Shown in pieces: positions 14,762 to 27,443 of a stretch of 64,000 nucleotides of DNA. Location: the NCBI GenBank assembly GCA_951406725.2, contig OX597817.1, positions 56,234,001 to 56,298,000 on the forward strand, written 5' to 3'. The DNA is from Octopus vulgaris (lineage: Eukaryota). Under the pieces are notes generated by a model. The model was not told where the DNA came from. It was given only the letters and a program-made list of their open reading frames with translations, and did not search any database. Both the position numbers and the translations under genes were made by a program. The number at the start of each line of letters is the position of its first letter. Within the stretch, counting starts at the first letter, position 1.

Positions 14762-15344
14762 TACATACATACATACATACATACATACATACATACATAC
14801 ATACATACATACATACATACATACATACATACACACATACAATTCTCTACAATTTAGAAAACTCGCAGTTTAAATTACAAGGAAACAAAAAAAAGAAAAA
14901 GGTGGCGAGTTAAGCTGCTGAAGATCGCGAGGAGTACACTCCAGAATGGCTCACACACAGACGTGTGTGCGAGGCACTCCGATGCGAGTGTTTTCATTAT
15001 CAAGAAAGGTACTGGTAGATGAGGAGGGCACCGGATTGATCCACGCGCTGCGGTTTGGCTGCGAAGCAGAACGGAGGCAGGCGAGGTGGTGCTGTGTTAA
15101 GGATGTCTCAGTCCGCCCAAAGGCAGCGATGCATCTGAAGTAGTCCCAGTAACTACATCGTCCCCAACATTATAGCTAAGTGGAAATACCCTGGAGAAAC
15201 ATTTTTAATGGTAATACAGAAACGTTAGTGTTCACGTAAGTATCATAGGAAATTCAAAACATTTGATCCACTGAGCGTACCTAAGAAATCAGCAGAAACA
15301 TAGCCCATATGGAAGAGTTTAAAATCAAAAAATTAAGAAACAAG

Positions 15345-15668
15345 GAACATTTTACATTATTTACATTTGACGGATATTTGTCCTCATCTTGTTTGTTTTT
15401 CACACAACGTTTCGGCTGATATACCCTCCAGCATTCATCAGGTGTCTTGGAAAAAACTCGAACCTGGGTTCTCATTCCTAAGGTATTTTTCGATGTTATT
15501 ATTATTATTATTACTATTCAGGTCACTGCTTGGAATCGAACTCGTAATCTTGGAGTTAGTAGCCCGCGCTCTTTACCACTGCGCCACATGCCCGTGGGCA
15601 TCCGTCAAATGTAAATAATATAAATAATGTACATAATTCCTCATCTCTTAAATATAGAACTGTACAAG
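15345..15668 (-). mobile_element. composite SINE-like element: tRNA-like head, (TAA)n, hammerhead tail, plus inverted tail copy
   Basis: A box tggcgcagtgg (15576-15586), B box agttcgattcc (15532-15542), TAA linker, hammerhead at 15402-15445; 15601-15668 is the tail in opposite orientation. Confidence 0.7.
15402..15445 (-). ncRNA. minimal type-I hammerhead ribozyme motif
   Basis: Minus strand ACAC-CTGATGA-A-TGCTGG-agggtata-TCAGCC-GAAA-CGTT-GTGT; canonical CUGAUGA and GAAA cores. Confidence 0.75.
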
Positions 15669-16324
15669 GGACATAATTGACCATATATATATATACTAGA
15701 GTGGATCTGGTCTTAAAAGTGAGATGGTGAAACCAGCGAATATATTCCAATTCTAGTAGATCTTCTTGGCGACACGTAAGTGATGTAATGCAAATTAGAG
15801 TGTTAATTAGGTTATAGGATACAATTAATTAAATAATTACAGTGTTTATACGGTTTATAAAGATTTTCGCTGTGCTTTAATCTGAAGGTTAAATGAACGA
15901 TAGTTCATTCAACCCCTTTTAACTAGCAACAGCTAGGTGAAGACAACACGAAGAAGACGAAGAATTTCTGTTAAGAAGTTCGCAACACAAAAACGAAAAC
16001 CACCAACGATTTTCCGGTTTCGATCCCACTCGTTTGTAACCAAATGTCTCGTAGCAAAGTTTCGGGTTACTTGGTCTAAATTCACCTGCTTCGGTTTTTG
16101 TTGAAGTAATTGGTGTCACCACTTCTGGAAACCTTTGGATCAAGTGTCCAGTTCTTTGGTCACTTTTCTACTTTTATCAGAAAAAAGGTTCTTCTCATTG
16201 CCATTTATTCTCTCATGAAAATATCCTGGTCACTTCTTTTTACCTTCTGGCTATTAGATCATGGTCTCTGTCATTTACTCTTCACCCAGAAGGTCCTTAT
16301 CACAGCCATTTACATTCTAAAAGA

Positions 16325-16460
16325 TCAAGGTCGGCAAAAGAGATCGATAGAATAAGTGCCAGGCTTTATAAAAAAAAGAACTAAGGTCAATTCAGTCAAC
16401 TAAAAATTCTTCAAGGCGGTGCCCCAGCATGGTCGCAGTCTTATGACAGAAACAAGTAAA
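16325..16460 (+). mobile_element. SINE family B 3' part followed by (GAA)n (16461-16578)
   Basis: cggcaaaagagatcgatagaataag...ggcggtgccccagcatggtcgcagtc. Confidence 0.75.
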
Positions 16461-16594
16461 GAAGAAGAAGAAGAAGAAGAAGAAGAAGAAGAAGAAGAAG
16501 AAGAAGAAGAAGAAGAAGAAGAAGAAGAAGAAGAAGAAGAAGAAGAAGAAGAAGAAGAAGAAGAAGAAGAAGAAGAAGAGCCAGAGCCAGAGTA

Positions 16595-16745
16595 GACGCT
16601 ATCACATTGTGCCAGTCGCCCTCGAGACCTCAAGAATCCTCGGACCCTTCTCCAATATCGGGGTAACTGCCCCGTCTGAGAAATGATGGGGTGGCTGAGC
16701 AGCGAGTATCGCTGACCTTTCTCCTTTGCAATCCTGTCCGTAATA
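16595..16745 (+). mobile_element. possible CRE-type RLE non-LTR C-terminal remnant
   Basis: IVPVALETSRILGP ... QRVSL resembles the PxAxETxGxxGP...QRIS motif of CRE-clade endonucleases. Confidence 0.35.
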
Positions 16746-17456
16746 TGCTACTTAACCAACCCACCTTTTTTTTCGCCCGTCACTTTCTTTCCTTGATAGT
16801 TAAGGGGGGGTCTTTTTCTTGATAATTTGATCTTTTATACTCTTAATGTTTTCTTTCTTTCACGGAATAAATCATTTCACCTTTTGCCTATCCGAAGCAT
16901 TTTCATAACTTTATCTTGCACACCCATACTTTTATTCTGACGAATAGATAGCCCTTGTTTACTACGTTCTGAGTAATACATAGCTGTTCTTTCATCAATC
17001 CTCGGTTACTCTAATGGCTGAAAAAAAACTGATGTGATACGAAGGACATATCTCCCTGACGTCTATACATGTAAGGAGAGGTAACGGCTCTAAAAGACTA
17101 CCTAGCGACGCCTTCTGCATGTATATGTGCACGTGTGTGTTTAAAAGTAGAAGCTGAAGGTATGAAATAGACGAAACACAAAAATAAACTCCATTAAATA
17201 AATAAGAGCCGTATGATACAAAATTTTAAAAGGTAAGAATGAAGAGAGACAGGACAAAAGGAGCGAATTTCGACCAGAATTTTGGGGGGTAACACAACAA
17301 TACTGAACAAAAGGACACTACAAACAAGGTGATAAAAATGCATAAACAAACTAACATCGGTCGTTAAATAAAAATGTTATCTATACTTTTGATCATGTGT
17401 GGGGTAATCTTAGTGTGTTGAACATTGCTAGAGAGTTATCGTTGAGAGCTTTAGGG

Positions 17457-17765
17457 CAGTGATTTCCATGCTTTTGGGGGCTGCTACCCCCTTGACACCC
17501 AGGCCATATCCCTAGTGCCCCCACCCAACTAACCATCACAAACATAGACCTCTTTCTGAAGCAAATTTAAAGCAACTGCACTTCACAAATACAGGTTAAT
17601 CTAATAAACCCATTATTTTGATGCTTTTACTTGAATTGCCACCCCATTATCACCCCACTCTTTACATGAATCGCTACCCCATTATCGGCCCATTTTTCTT
17701 CAACGATCCCTTGGAATTTTCCTGCGCACCCAGCGGGGCAATACCACCCACTTTGGGAACCACTG
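17457..17765. mobile_element. hAT (Charlie-like) MITE
   Basis: TIRs CAGTGATTTCCA / TGGGAACCACTG; perfect 8-bp TSD CTTTAGGG (17449-17456 and 17766-17773). Confidence 0.9.
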
Positions 17766-18009
17766 CTTTAGGGTAAGCATATAATAGAATTAGACGATAG
17801 GAATATGTACGAGAGCGTAGGGCGGCGTGCGGGCAGAATCGTTACCTGAGGATTTGTCTTGAATCCTTTTAGAGGTCGATAAAACAAGTACCAATTCAGC
17901 ACTGGGATTGATGCAACTGACTTATTCGCCGGCCCTGCGCCAGACTTTAACGAGGGAGGAAAGAAAGGACGTAAATAAAGAGACTGATATATAGACACAC
18001 AGTGTGTGT

Positions 18010-18083
<74 letters not shown>

Positions 18084-18764
18084 GTGTGCTGTAAGTCTAT
18101 TTTGACTTAACTGGTTTTCCCAAAAGATTGTCGTGACAACCAGTTAACCAGTGAAGACATATTTATGTCATCTAACTAATCAAATTAGTCCATTAATTAC
18201 TCGATGCCATGTACATTACTCAGTTCTTTATGTAATTAACCATTTTCTAACTAACTAATTACGGTCATTAGCCAACTAATTACGCTAATTACACGTGCTA
18301 TAGTGAGTTAGTAACTTTCTGTCACCTTCATCCCCACATTGTGTTGTTCAACCTGTTCTGTCTTGGGATGGGGTTGTTTAAGACGGTTCACACCTTCTAC
18401 TTGCAGTACTTCGAAGTCCCTAACTATAGTTAAATAAAATACTACACAAGAATCAGCAAATACTATTTGCCAACAGCTTGGATCAGCGAATCCCGTTGCC
18501 AAGTTTTCGGTGAAGATGGCATGTTAATAAATCCAATGTAAGCAGAGTAAACTTGTTAGATGGTAATTAATTAACTAATGTAGAAACGTAATTAAGAAAT
18601 GTCGAAATGCATGAGATCAATTAGTTAATAAGATTAAGAATTTGCTGAGAATTTGGCAGGAAAGATCCAGCGTTTCTCTCTTTAAAGTTTTGAGTCCCAA
18701 TCCAGGAATGGTATACTTTGACAGTCATCTTTCCTGAGATGATAAAAAGAAAATAAAAATAAAC

Positions 18765-19310
18765 TGGCACCCCGTCGGTTGCGACGATAAAGGTTTTAGC
18801 TGATCCCATCAACGGAACAGCCTGCTCGAGGAATTCACTTGCAAGTGGCTGAGTACTCCAGAGACGTGCATATACTTAAGGAACTTCTGGCAGAGTCGTT
18901 AGCACGCCGGGCGAAATGCTTACCGGTATTTCGTCTGCCGCTGCGTTCTGAGTTCAAATTCCGCCGAGGTCGACTTCGCCTTTCATCCTTTCGGGGTCGA
19001 TTAAATAAGTACTTTTTACGCACTGGCGTCGATATAATCGACTTAATCCGTTTGTCTGTCCTTGTTTGCCCTCTCTGTGTTTAGCCCCTTGTGGGTAGTA
19101 AAGAAATAGGTACTTCTCAGGGAGATACATCGTGACACAGATTGTGAAAAGGTTGGTCCGTTTGAAATGCAAGTACAGTTCATTTTTGCCAGCTGGAAGG
19201 ACTAGATCAACGTGAAATAAAGGGTCTTGCCCAAGAAAAAAAAAAGACTCCACCGAAAATCGAACTCACGACTTTACGATCGTGGATCGAATACCTTAGC
19301 TCCTTAGCCA
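18765..19310 (-). mobile_element. SINE family C' interrupted by a family A copy
   Basis: 3' part 18765-18880 and 5' part 19112-19310 are colinear with 24246-24543. Confidence 0.8.
18886..19110 (+). mobile_element. SINE family A nested in family C'
   Basis: Family consensus; short acttct duplication on both flanks. Confidence 0.9.
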
Positions 19311-19589
19311 TGAGATAAAATAAAGTACCAATAACATACTAAGATCAATATATTGAAGTATACCCCTACCTCAACAAAATACGTGCCCCTCTGCTTATTT
19401 GATAATTCAAGATTATGGTCATTCCATGAAAACGTTTAGAAACAACAAAGAGATCGCCACGTTTGTGAGTTCGAATTCTAGTAAGGTTAACTTTGAATTT
19501 CCTTTTCCTGGGGTTCCGTAAAATATACCATCCGTAAAATTCCAATTCTTGAACTTATGATAGAAATCAGCAACACCCTGAATTTCAGT

Positions 19590-19790
19590 TGTTGAGTGGT
19601 ACCCATGCGAACGGAGGAGACCACTCAGAAGATCTCCAGTCATGTAGGAAGACAATTTAAGAAAGATGTTTGGAACAACGTGTAGGAGATTGACGGGAAC
19701 ACGAAGGGGAATGTAACAAATGCTGTGGCCAGCGGAGCCGACTCGGGTCCAGACGGCCTGCCCGATCCAGGTGATCCGGTCGATTTGCAA
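19590..19790 (+). mobile_element. RTE-clade LINE 3' remnant
   Basis: EWYPCERRRPLRRSPVM*EDNLRKMFGTTCRRL resembles the RTE motif WxPxxxKRPxGRPxxRWxDxL. Confidence 0.5.
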
Positions 19791-20537
19791 AATATAGGAT
19801 TCCTTACAGTTTCTGTCAACCAAATTCACTCGAGGTTATTGTAGAAAATATTTGTCGAAGGTACCACGCGGTTAGATTGAACCCGGTGTCATGTGATTGG
19901 GAAGCAGACTTATTACGACACAGCTACGCACGCGTCTCTATTGAATATCACCAACAAAACAAAAAGTTTATTTCTAGAAGCCGAATGAACAGAGTTAATG
20001 AAATATTGACAAACCAGACAAGAGGTCGGGGTTTCGTGTCATGTCCGGAGCATTACATTGTTTCCGTCATAATTTAGAATGGGTCAGAATTAGGATAACT
20101 CAATCCGTAGCTATTTGACTAAAATTTATTACGCACCAAGTTAGAGATATGGGTGGTGCCCCAGCATGGCCGCAGTCTAATGACTGAAACAAGTAAAGGA
20201 TAACACATCAAAGTTATATGCAAATAGTTATAAATACATGGGCTGCGACGATTTCATCTCAATCGAAGGAGAGGGGCTTTATCCGTCCGGGTTGCGGATC
20301 CGTGGAATAAGGTGCCGGACGAGATAGTGAAGATGCCGACGACCGCTCGGTTCAAAGTCTCCCTTGGCCTGAACTCTTTGTATGAACACCACCCTGTACA
20401 TAATTCCATGTCCCCCTACATGGCCTTGCTTTTTGCTTTTTGAGCCAAAAAATTAACTTAACTATAAACATATCTATGTTTACATATATGTGTGTGTGTA
20501 TGTTTGTATGCAGGCCTGCATGTATGTAAGCATACAC

Positions 20538-20568
<31 letters not shown>

Positions 20569-20721
20569 TGCATGTATGTATGTATGTATGTATGTACGTA
20601 TGTACGTATGTGTGAATGTATGTACGTATGTATGTATGTATGTATGTATGTATGTATGTATGTATGTATGTATGTATGTATGTATGTATGTACGTATGTA
20701 TGTATCTATATATGTCGTGAA

Positions 20722-21102
20722 GGTACAATGGCCAAGTGGTTAGAGCAGCGAACTCTCGGGCGTGCGATCGCAGTTTCGATTCCCAGACTGAGCGCTGCGA
20801 GTGTTTATCGAGCGAAAACAACTAAAGCTCCATGAGGCTCCGGCAGGGGGTTGTGGCGAACCCTACAATACTCTTTCACCACACCTTTCTCTCAATCTTT
20901 CTTTCTGTTTCTGTTGCACCTGTATCTCAAAGAACCAGCCTTGTCACACTCTGTGTCACGCTGAATCTCCCCGAGAACTACGTTAAGAGTACACGTAACT
21001 GTGGAGTGCCCAACCACTTGTACGTTAATTTCATAAGCAGGATGTTCCGCTGATCGGATCATCATCAACTGCAACCCTCGTCGTCGTAACCGACGGAGTA
21101 CC
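20722..21102 (+). mobile_element. tRNA-derived SINE family C, full length
   Basis: A box tggccaagtgg, B box gtttcgattcc; inserted in (ATGT)n. Confidence 0.85.
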
Positions 21103-21188
21103 ACGACGATGTATATATGTATGTAAGCATGTATGTATGTATGTATGTATGTATGTATGTATATATGTATGTATATATGCATGCATGC

Positions 21189-21221
<33 letters not shown>

Positions 21222-21231
21222 TGTATGTATG

Positions 21232-21261
<30 letters not shown>

Positions 21262-21262
<1 letters not shown>

Positions 21263-21823
21263 GTCGTTATTCGGTTTTATTAAGGCGGCGAGCTGGCAGA
21301 AGTGTTAGCACGCCAAGTGAAATGCTTAGCGGCATTTCATCCAACTTTACGATCTAAGTTCACATTCCTTTCGGGATTAATAAATTAAGTACCAGTGAAA
21401 CACTGGGGTCGATGTAATCGACTGGCCCCCACGCCTAAATTTCAGAGCTAAGCACCTATAGTACATAGGATTATTCAGTTTTATTTCAAGATTTCTTGCC
21501 AATAGAGAAAGAATCGGTTTCTAACCTAGATCCAAGGTACTTTCATTGAAATTTCAACATCAACAACAGGCGCATATCTAGACATGCTTGTATATATTTA
21601 AATGAGAAACTTCTGGAAAGTTTTGCAGATTTTTACAGTTCCAGTGATTGATTCGATCTGTAGTCTTCGAATTAGATGTCTCCTTTCTGATTTTAGAAGC
21701 CTAATTTCTTAAGATTGGTATTTAAGCAGCGTGTTACATATCTCCGGGCCCAAATAATTACAGGTATAAACCTGAACTTGTAATCTGGATAGAGTAACTG
21801 CAGATTTCTCAATAGCGTAGCGT
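21262..21823 (-). mobile_element. RLE-type non-LTR retrotransposon 3' fragment in (TACA)n, with a SINE inserted in its 3' UTR
   Basis: Minus translation YATLLRNLQLLYPDYKFRFIPVII...LKKLGF / LIRRLQIESITGTVK; (ATGT)n at both ends. Confidence 0.65.
21283..21470 (+). mobile_element. SINE family A (internally deleted)
   Basis: Family head and centre; flanks ttattcggttttatt / ttattcagttttatt resemble a 15-bp TSD. Confidence 0.8.
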
Positions 21824-22532
21824 ATGTATGTAGGCAGGTATGATTGTATGTAAGCATTATGTATGTACGTATTATATGCACACACACACACATTGTGACA
21901 AACACGAAAGTTGTTCCAAAAGTTGTGTTGGAAACTGAACTTTTAAAATAATGTAAAACTAATCGTTTCTTACTGTCACATCATTAACAACATTGGATAT
22001 AAAAAAAAAACTTTATACACACAAATATAGACATCTATACATATATTCACATGTGGTGTGTGTGCACGTGTGCGTGTGTATGTGTGTGTGCATACATACA
22101 TACACACACACAAACACACACATATGTATATATATATACGTGCATATCTGTAAAAGAAATATACTTGCATATGCAGCTAGTTGCATGCGAACATAGAAAA
22201 ATGCCGCTGATTGGCTGCAGCCGCATCGTGACACTATAAGAATAGCTGCGTTCACGTGTACTTAAAGCAGCGACCCCCACCACCACCACCACCACCGCTC
22301 CAACGTCTTCATCTCCTTCCCCTTCTTCTCTACCTCACCCTCTTCCTTCGGCTCCACCACCACCACCTCACACAACCGCCTCCTCCCGCTACCGCTTTCT
22401 TGTAATTGTTGTTGTGTAAATAATTTCTGCTATTTCATGTTACGTAGTGCAGTCACCTACTAGGTTATCTACGCAACTGAGGTGCAGCCAGTTTGCACAA
22501 AATGCATCGGCTTGCACAAAATGCATCGGCTT

Positions 22533-22574
<42 letters not shown>

Positions 22575-22925
22575 GGTTGTTTAGAGGTGTGCATATGTGT
22601 GTATGCAAGCACGTTTGTAAGTCTGTTTCTAAGTTACGTCTGTCTATACAATTATACGAAAATATGTACATTTACATATATATGTATATATATTTACGAT
22701 ATGTATGTGTGGATATATTTACGGTATGTATCTGCGATACGTAGCTGTTTATATATTTAATTACATGTTCGAGTGTAAGTATGCTTGTATATAGGTATTG
22801 GCGTACCTCTACATAATCATTCGGTGTATGAATGAATATTTGTTTCCCTTTATGCATGCTTGTAAGTATGTATGTATATATATCAATGTGGATCAATGCT
22901 TGTATGCAGACACACACACACACAC

Positions 22926-22958
<33 letters not shown>

Positions 22959-23207
22959 AATCTTTTCTATCTAAGCTCGTATGTATATATGTGTATAGAT
23001 GTCTTTATGAATGCGTGTATGCACACACAGATATATGTTTGTATGTATGTTTGTATGTATATATGTATTGTTTGTAAGTATGCATGTATATACCTATTGA
23101 CATACGTATACAAATTTTTCTGTGTATGACCGTACACTTATTTCCTTCTATACATGTTTGTATGTATCTATGTATATATGTATATGTGTATGACTGCGTC
23201 GAAGTAA

Positions 23208-23254
<47 letters not shown>

Positions 23255-23285
23255 TATTTGGTGTGCATACTTGTATGTATGTATG

Positions 23286-23316
<31 letters not shown>

Positions 23317-23634
23317 TTATACATGCATATATATATATATGTATATATACATACAGATGCATACATGCATACAGACGCACACATATATATATATATATTT
23401 GTATGAATGCTTGTATGCACATATAGATATGTGTCTGTATGTTTGTTCGTATGTGTAAATGTATTGTTTGTATGCATGTATGGTTGCATGTATAGGTATG
23501 CAAGCCTCGGTGAATGAGAATATATAATGGATGTATGTATGCATGTGTCTGTGAAGATACACGGATGTTCGTGTATCATGTGTAAGTGCATGCAATGTGT
23601 TTATCTACATATGCATATATTTATATGCATATAT

Positions 23635-23693
<59 letters not shown>

Positions 23694-23774
23694 GACAGAT
23701 AGATAGATAGATTGATAGATAGAGAGAGAGATATATAGACAGATAGACACACACATACACATATATATATACAT

Positions 23775-23829
<55 letters not shown>

Positions 23830-24169
23830 TTCTGTACCTGAATGCACACGTTTGGTTTAACAATTTTATGTGCACAGACAGAATTACATATATATTTACA
23901 ACTATATATATGGAGCATACATCTGAACACATCTGCATGCATGTAGAAATGTATGCACGAGTGTGTATGTGTGCGTCTGCGTGTATGTGCGTGTGTCTGT
24001 GTATGGGTGCCTTTGTGTGTGTGTCTCTCTATGTGTGTCACTATGCGTGTCTGTGTGTGTGTTTTTGTGTGACTCTGTGTATGTGTCTTGGTGTGTGTGT
24101 GTCTGTGTATGTGTGTGTGTCTGTGTGTCTGCGTGTCTTTGTATGTGCCTGTGTGTGTGCCTGTGTGTG

Positions 24170-24210
<41 letters not shown>

Positions 24211-24245
24211 GTGTGTGTTTGTATAACTATATGACACTATGATTG

Positions 24246-24543
24246 AAAGCGTGTGGGTGAATGGTTAAGGCATTCGGCTCAGGATCATAAGGTCGTGAGA
24301 TCGATTCCAGTTATGTCCTTGAGCAAGACACTTTACTTAATGTTGTCCATTCGGCTGGCTAAAATGAGTTATACCTGTAATTCAAAGGGGCCAGCCTTGT
24401 CACACTCTTTATCACACTGAATCTCCCTGAGAACTATGTTAAGGGTACACGTGTCTGTGGAGTCTTCCACATTAATTTCATGAACGGGCTGTTCTGTTAA
24501 TCGAATCTCTCGGAACACTCATCGTCGTAACCGACGGAGTACT
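24246..24543 (+). mobile_element. SINE family C'
   Basis: tRNA-like head, gtccttgagcaagacacttt, and a 3' half shared with family C. Confidence 0.8.
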
Positions 24544-25089
24544 AGGATAAGGTGTTTTGTATGCTTGTATTGTTGCATAAGTGGTATTCACGGATAATCA
24601 TTGATGTTAATACATTCATAAATGGTTATGTATGTGTAAGTATGAGAATCTTTCAATTAGACACTCGGTTACATATATTTACGTACAATTACAGGTATGA
24701 AATTTAAAAAACAAATGCGTTACGAGTTTAAAATAGCAATGCGTGTATTATACTTAAAACAGATGCATCATTAAAAACCTGATTTAAAGCAGTATTCGTC
24801 CTGAGAATATATCTCTAACAAACGTACAGTGTTAAAAACAGATTTATATCAGAAGAACATGAACATTGGGGAGTAGTGATGGGGGCATTACTAATTTCGT
24901 ATTTCTGACTCATTGCACTTCGTCAGTGGCAAGAATCCATTGACAGCCGCATGCAAAAACAAAATCCACATTCAACGCTATAGGAAAGCTGTGATTTAAA
25001 AATGGACAGATGTCAGAATTTGCTGGTAAGCTGAATCATTAATTTCTTTAGATGCAACAAGTGAAGTGTTAAAGATCATCTTCTATCTT

Positions 25090-25390
25090 TTATGATTGGT
25101 ACTTACTCTATCGGGCACTTTTGCTGAACCGCTAGGCCAAGAGGACATAAACATTCCAGTAGTTGTCGTCGAACAGTCGTGGAGTGCAAACACGGATACG
25201 AACATACATATATCACACACACACACAAACACACACACATATCACACATACATACACACACACCTATACTTCTTTCAGTTTCCGTCTATGAAATCTACTC
25301 ACAAGACCTTTGTTGCCCTGAGGCTATAGTGGAAGACGCCCAGGGTGCCACACAGCGGTACTGAACCGAGAACCGTGTGCTTGAGGTGCA
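25090..25390 (-). mobile_element. SINE family B, degenerate
   Basis: ctttcagtttccgtcta...actcacaag...gaggctatagt. Confidence 0.7.
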
Positions 25391-26074
25391 AGCTTCTTAC
25401 CATAGAGACACGACTGAAACTAATAGTTCAAAATAGTAATCCGTATATCATCCTCACAATTGAGGCAACCTGAACGTCCATTATGCGAGAGCTGAAAGGA
25501 GAGAAGATTGCACTCATACTTAACTGGTATTCATTCTCAGCTCACCGGAACATCGTGAAATGAAACACTTCATCCCGAAGATACGATTCCCCAAGTGATC
25601 CAAGAATCGAACCCACTGCATTCTAATCCAAAACTGCTCACCATAACTACTAAATCATGCATTCTCACATTATCATATTCTGCACAATATATTCTTGACT
25701 TTTACATTTGCCGACCTTGCATAATATTTAGCAGAATCGTCGAAACCTCGTACACATTACCTTTCGGCGTCTACTTACGACGATGTAACTTCGCATTTTG
25801 AATCCAAGAAAAATCGACATTTGACTCTAAAACTACCGGGATTTATGAAAATATGTTCCAGTCAAGAAAATCCCTAGTCTTGTACTTTATGTAAGAAATC
25901 AATAACTGCAAGTAGTTTCAAACGTTATCTATCTTTTTCTTAAGGCAATTCCATACACTATCAAACTGGAATTGAGTTGCTAGATAGGAGAGAGCTTCTA
26001 CTTCATAAGGATATTTAATGTGAGAATATATCACTGTTTTGATGTATAAATTCATACACTAAAATTAAGTCACA

Positions 26075-26225
26075 TTATATTATTTACATTATTTACATTT
26101 GATGGAAATTTGTCCTCGTTTCTTGTCAACACAACATTTCGGCTGATATACCTTCCAGCCTTCATTAGGTGTCTTGGGGAAATTTCGAACTTGGGTACTC
26201 ATTCCTGACTTATTTTTCATTGTTA
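26075..26225 (-). mobile_element. hammerhead tail of the 15345 family (core mutated, CTAATGA)
   Basis: Aligns to 15350-15500; minus strand GACAC-CTAATGA-A-GGCTGG-aaggtata-TCAGCC-GAAA-TGTT-GTGTT at 26128-26173. Confidence 0.75.
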
Positions 26226-26240
26226 TTATTATCATCATCA

Positions 26241-26326
<86 letters not shown>

Positions 26327-26329
<3 letters not shown>

Positions 26330-27378
26330 TAGTTTTATTTTTATAGCGTGCTTTCACTTCACTACCGAGCGCAGCTCTGTGTGCCTTGGGTATGTGCTGT
26401 GATTTGTTGTGATGCTCTGATGGTTATTGTATGCAAAGTGTTCTGCGTAGGATGTGTGCAGTGCCTAGTAGTGCAATTTTCTGTATGTTATATGTGTTTG
26501 TAAGTCCTGGTGTTTTTGTTATGTATTTGTCTGAATATTTTTTTATCATGCCTAATGCACCTACTATGATAGGAATTGTTTCTGTTTTCAGATTCCACAT
26601 TCTAGTTACCTCTATTTCCAGGTCTTTGCATTTTGAGAGTTTCTCCATTTCTTTTAGAGGCACGTTGTCATCAGCCGGTATTGATACATCAATTAGAAAG
26701 CATTTGTTTTCTTCATGGTCTCTGACAACTATATCTGGTCTGTTGGCCTTAATTTCTCTGTCTGTGTGTATCGGCATATCCCAGAGTATGGTTGCTTTCT
26801 CGTTTTCTGTGACCTTTTCTGGTGTGTGCCTATACCATCTTTTTTCTGTTGTTATTCCATAATGTTGGCATAGCTTCCAATGTATGTAGGTTCCAACTCT
26901 GTCATGTCTGTGAATATATTCCTTCTTAGCCAGGACTGGGCAGCTAGAGATAATATGATTTATTGTTTCTTGTCCATCTCCACATATTCTGCAGTTACTT
27001 GTAATATTTCTTTTCATTACATGTTTTTGGTAATTTCTGGTGGGGAGGCTTTGGTCTTGTGCTGCAATTAAAAATCCCTCTGTTTCTGCTTTGAGTCCTG
27101 AGCTTCTCAACCATTGCTGGGATTTTTCTTTGTCTATTTCTTTTGCGTTTAATTTAGTCCAGTATTTACCATGAAGGGGCTTTTCTTGCCATCGTTTTAT
27201 CATGGTTCGTTGCTGTTCTGTTTTTAGTTTGGATTTCATTTGTTTTATAGCTTTTGTTGTTTCTCCATCTTCTTCTTCTTCTTCTTCTTCTTCTTCTTCT
27301 TCTTCTTCTTCTTCTTCTTCTTCTTCTTCTTCTTCTTCTTCTTCTTCTTCTTCTTCTTCATGTTTATTAGGTGATTTA

Positions 27379-27380
<2 letters not shown>
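26327..27380 (-). mobile_element. R4/Dong-clade non-LTR retrotransposon family A, 5'-truncated (zinc knuckle plus RLE endonuclease)
   Basis: Open frame ending at 26424: AAQDQ, CRICG...HIISSC, RHD, RPDIV, LIDVSIP, EKLSK, PIIVGALG; (TAA)n on both sides. Confidence 0.92.

Positions 27381-27442
<62 letters not shown>

Positions 27443-27443
<1 letters not shown>

Noticed and set aside
15518-15596. Genuine tRNA gene
   Set aside because: A and B boxes are present but there is no good acceptor stem or poly-T terminator; treated as a SINE head, as are the other tRNA-like heads
24890-24930. Minus-strand CTGACGA...GAAA
   Set aside because: No supporting stems
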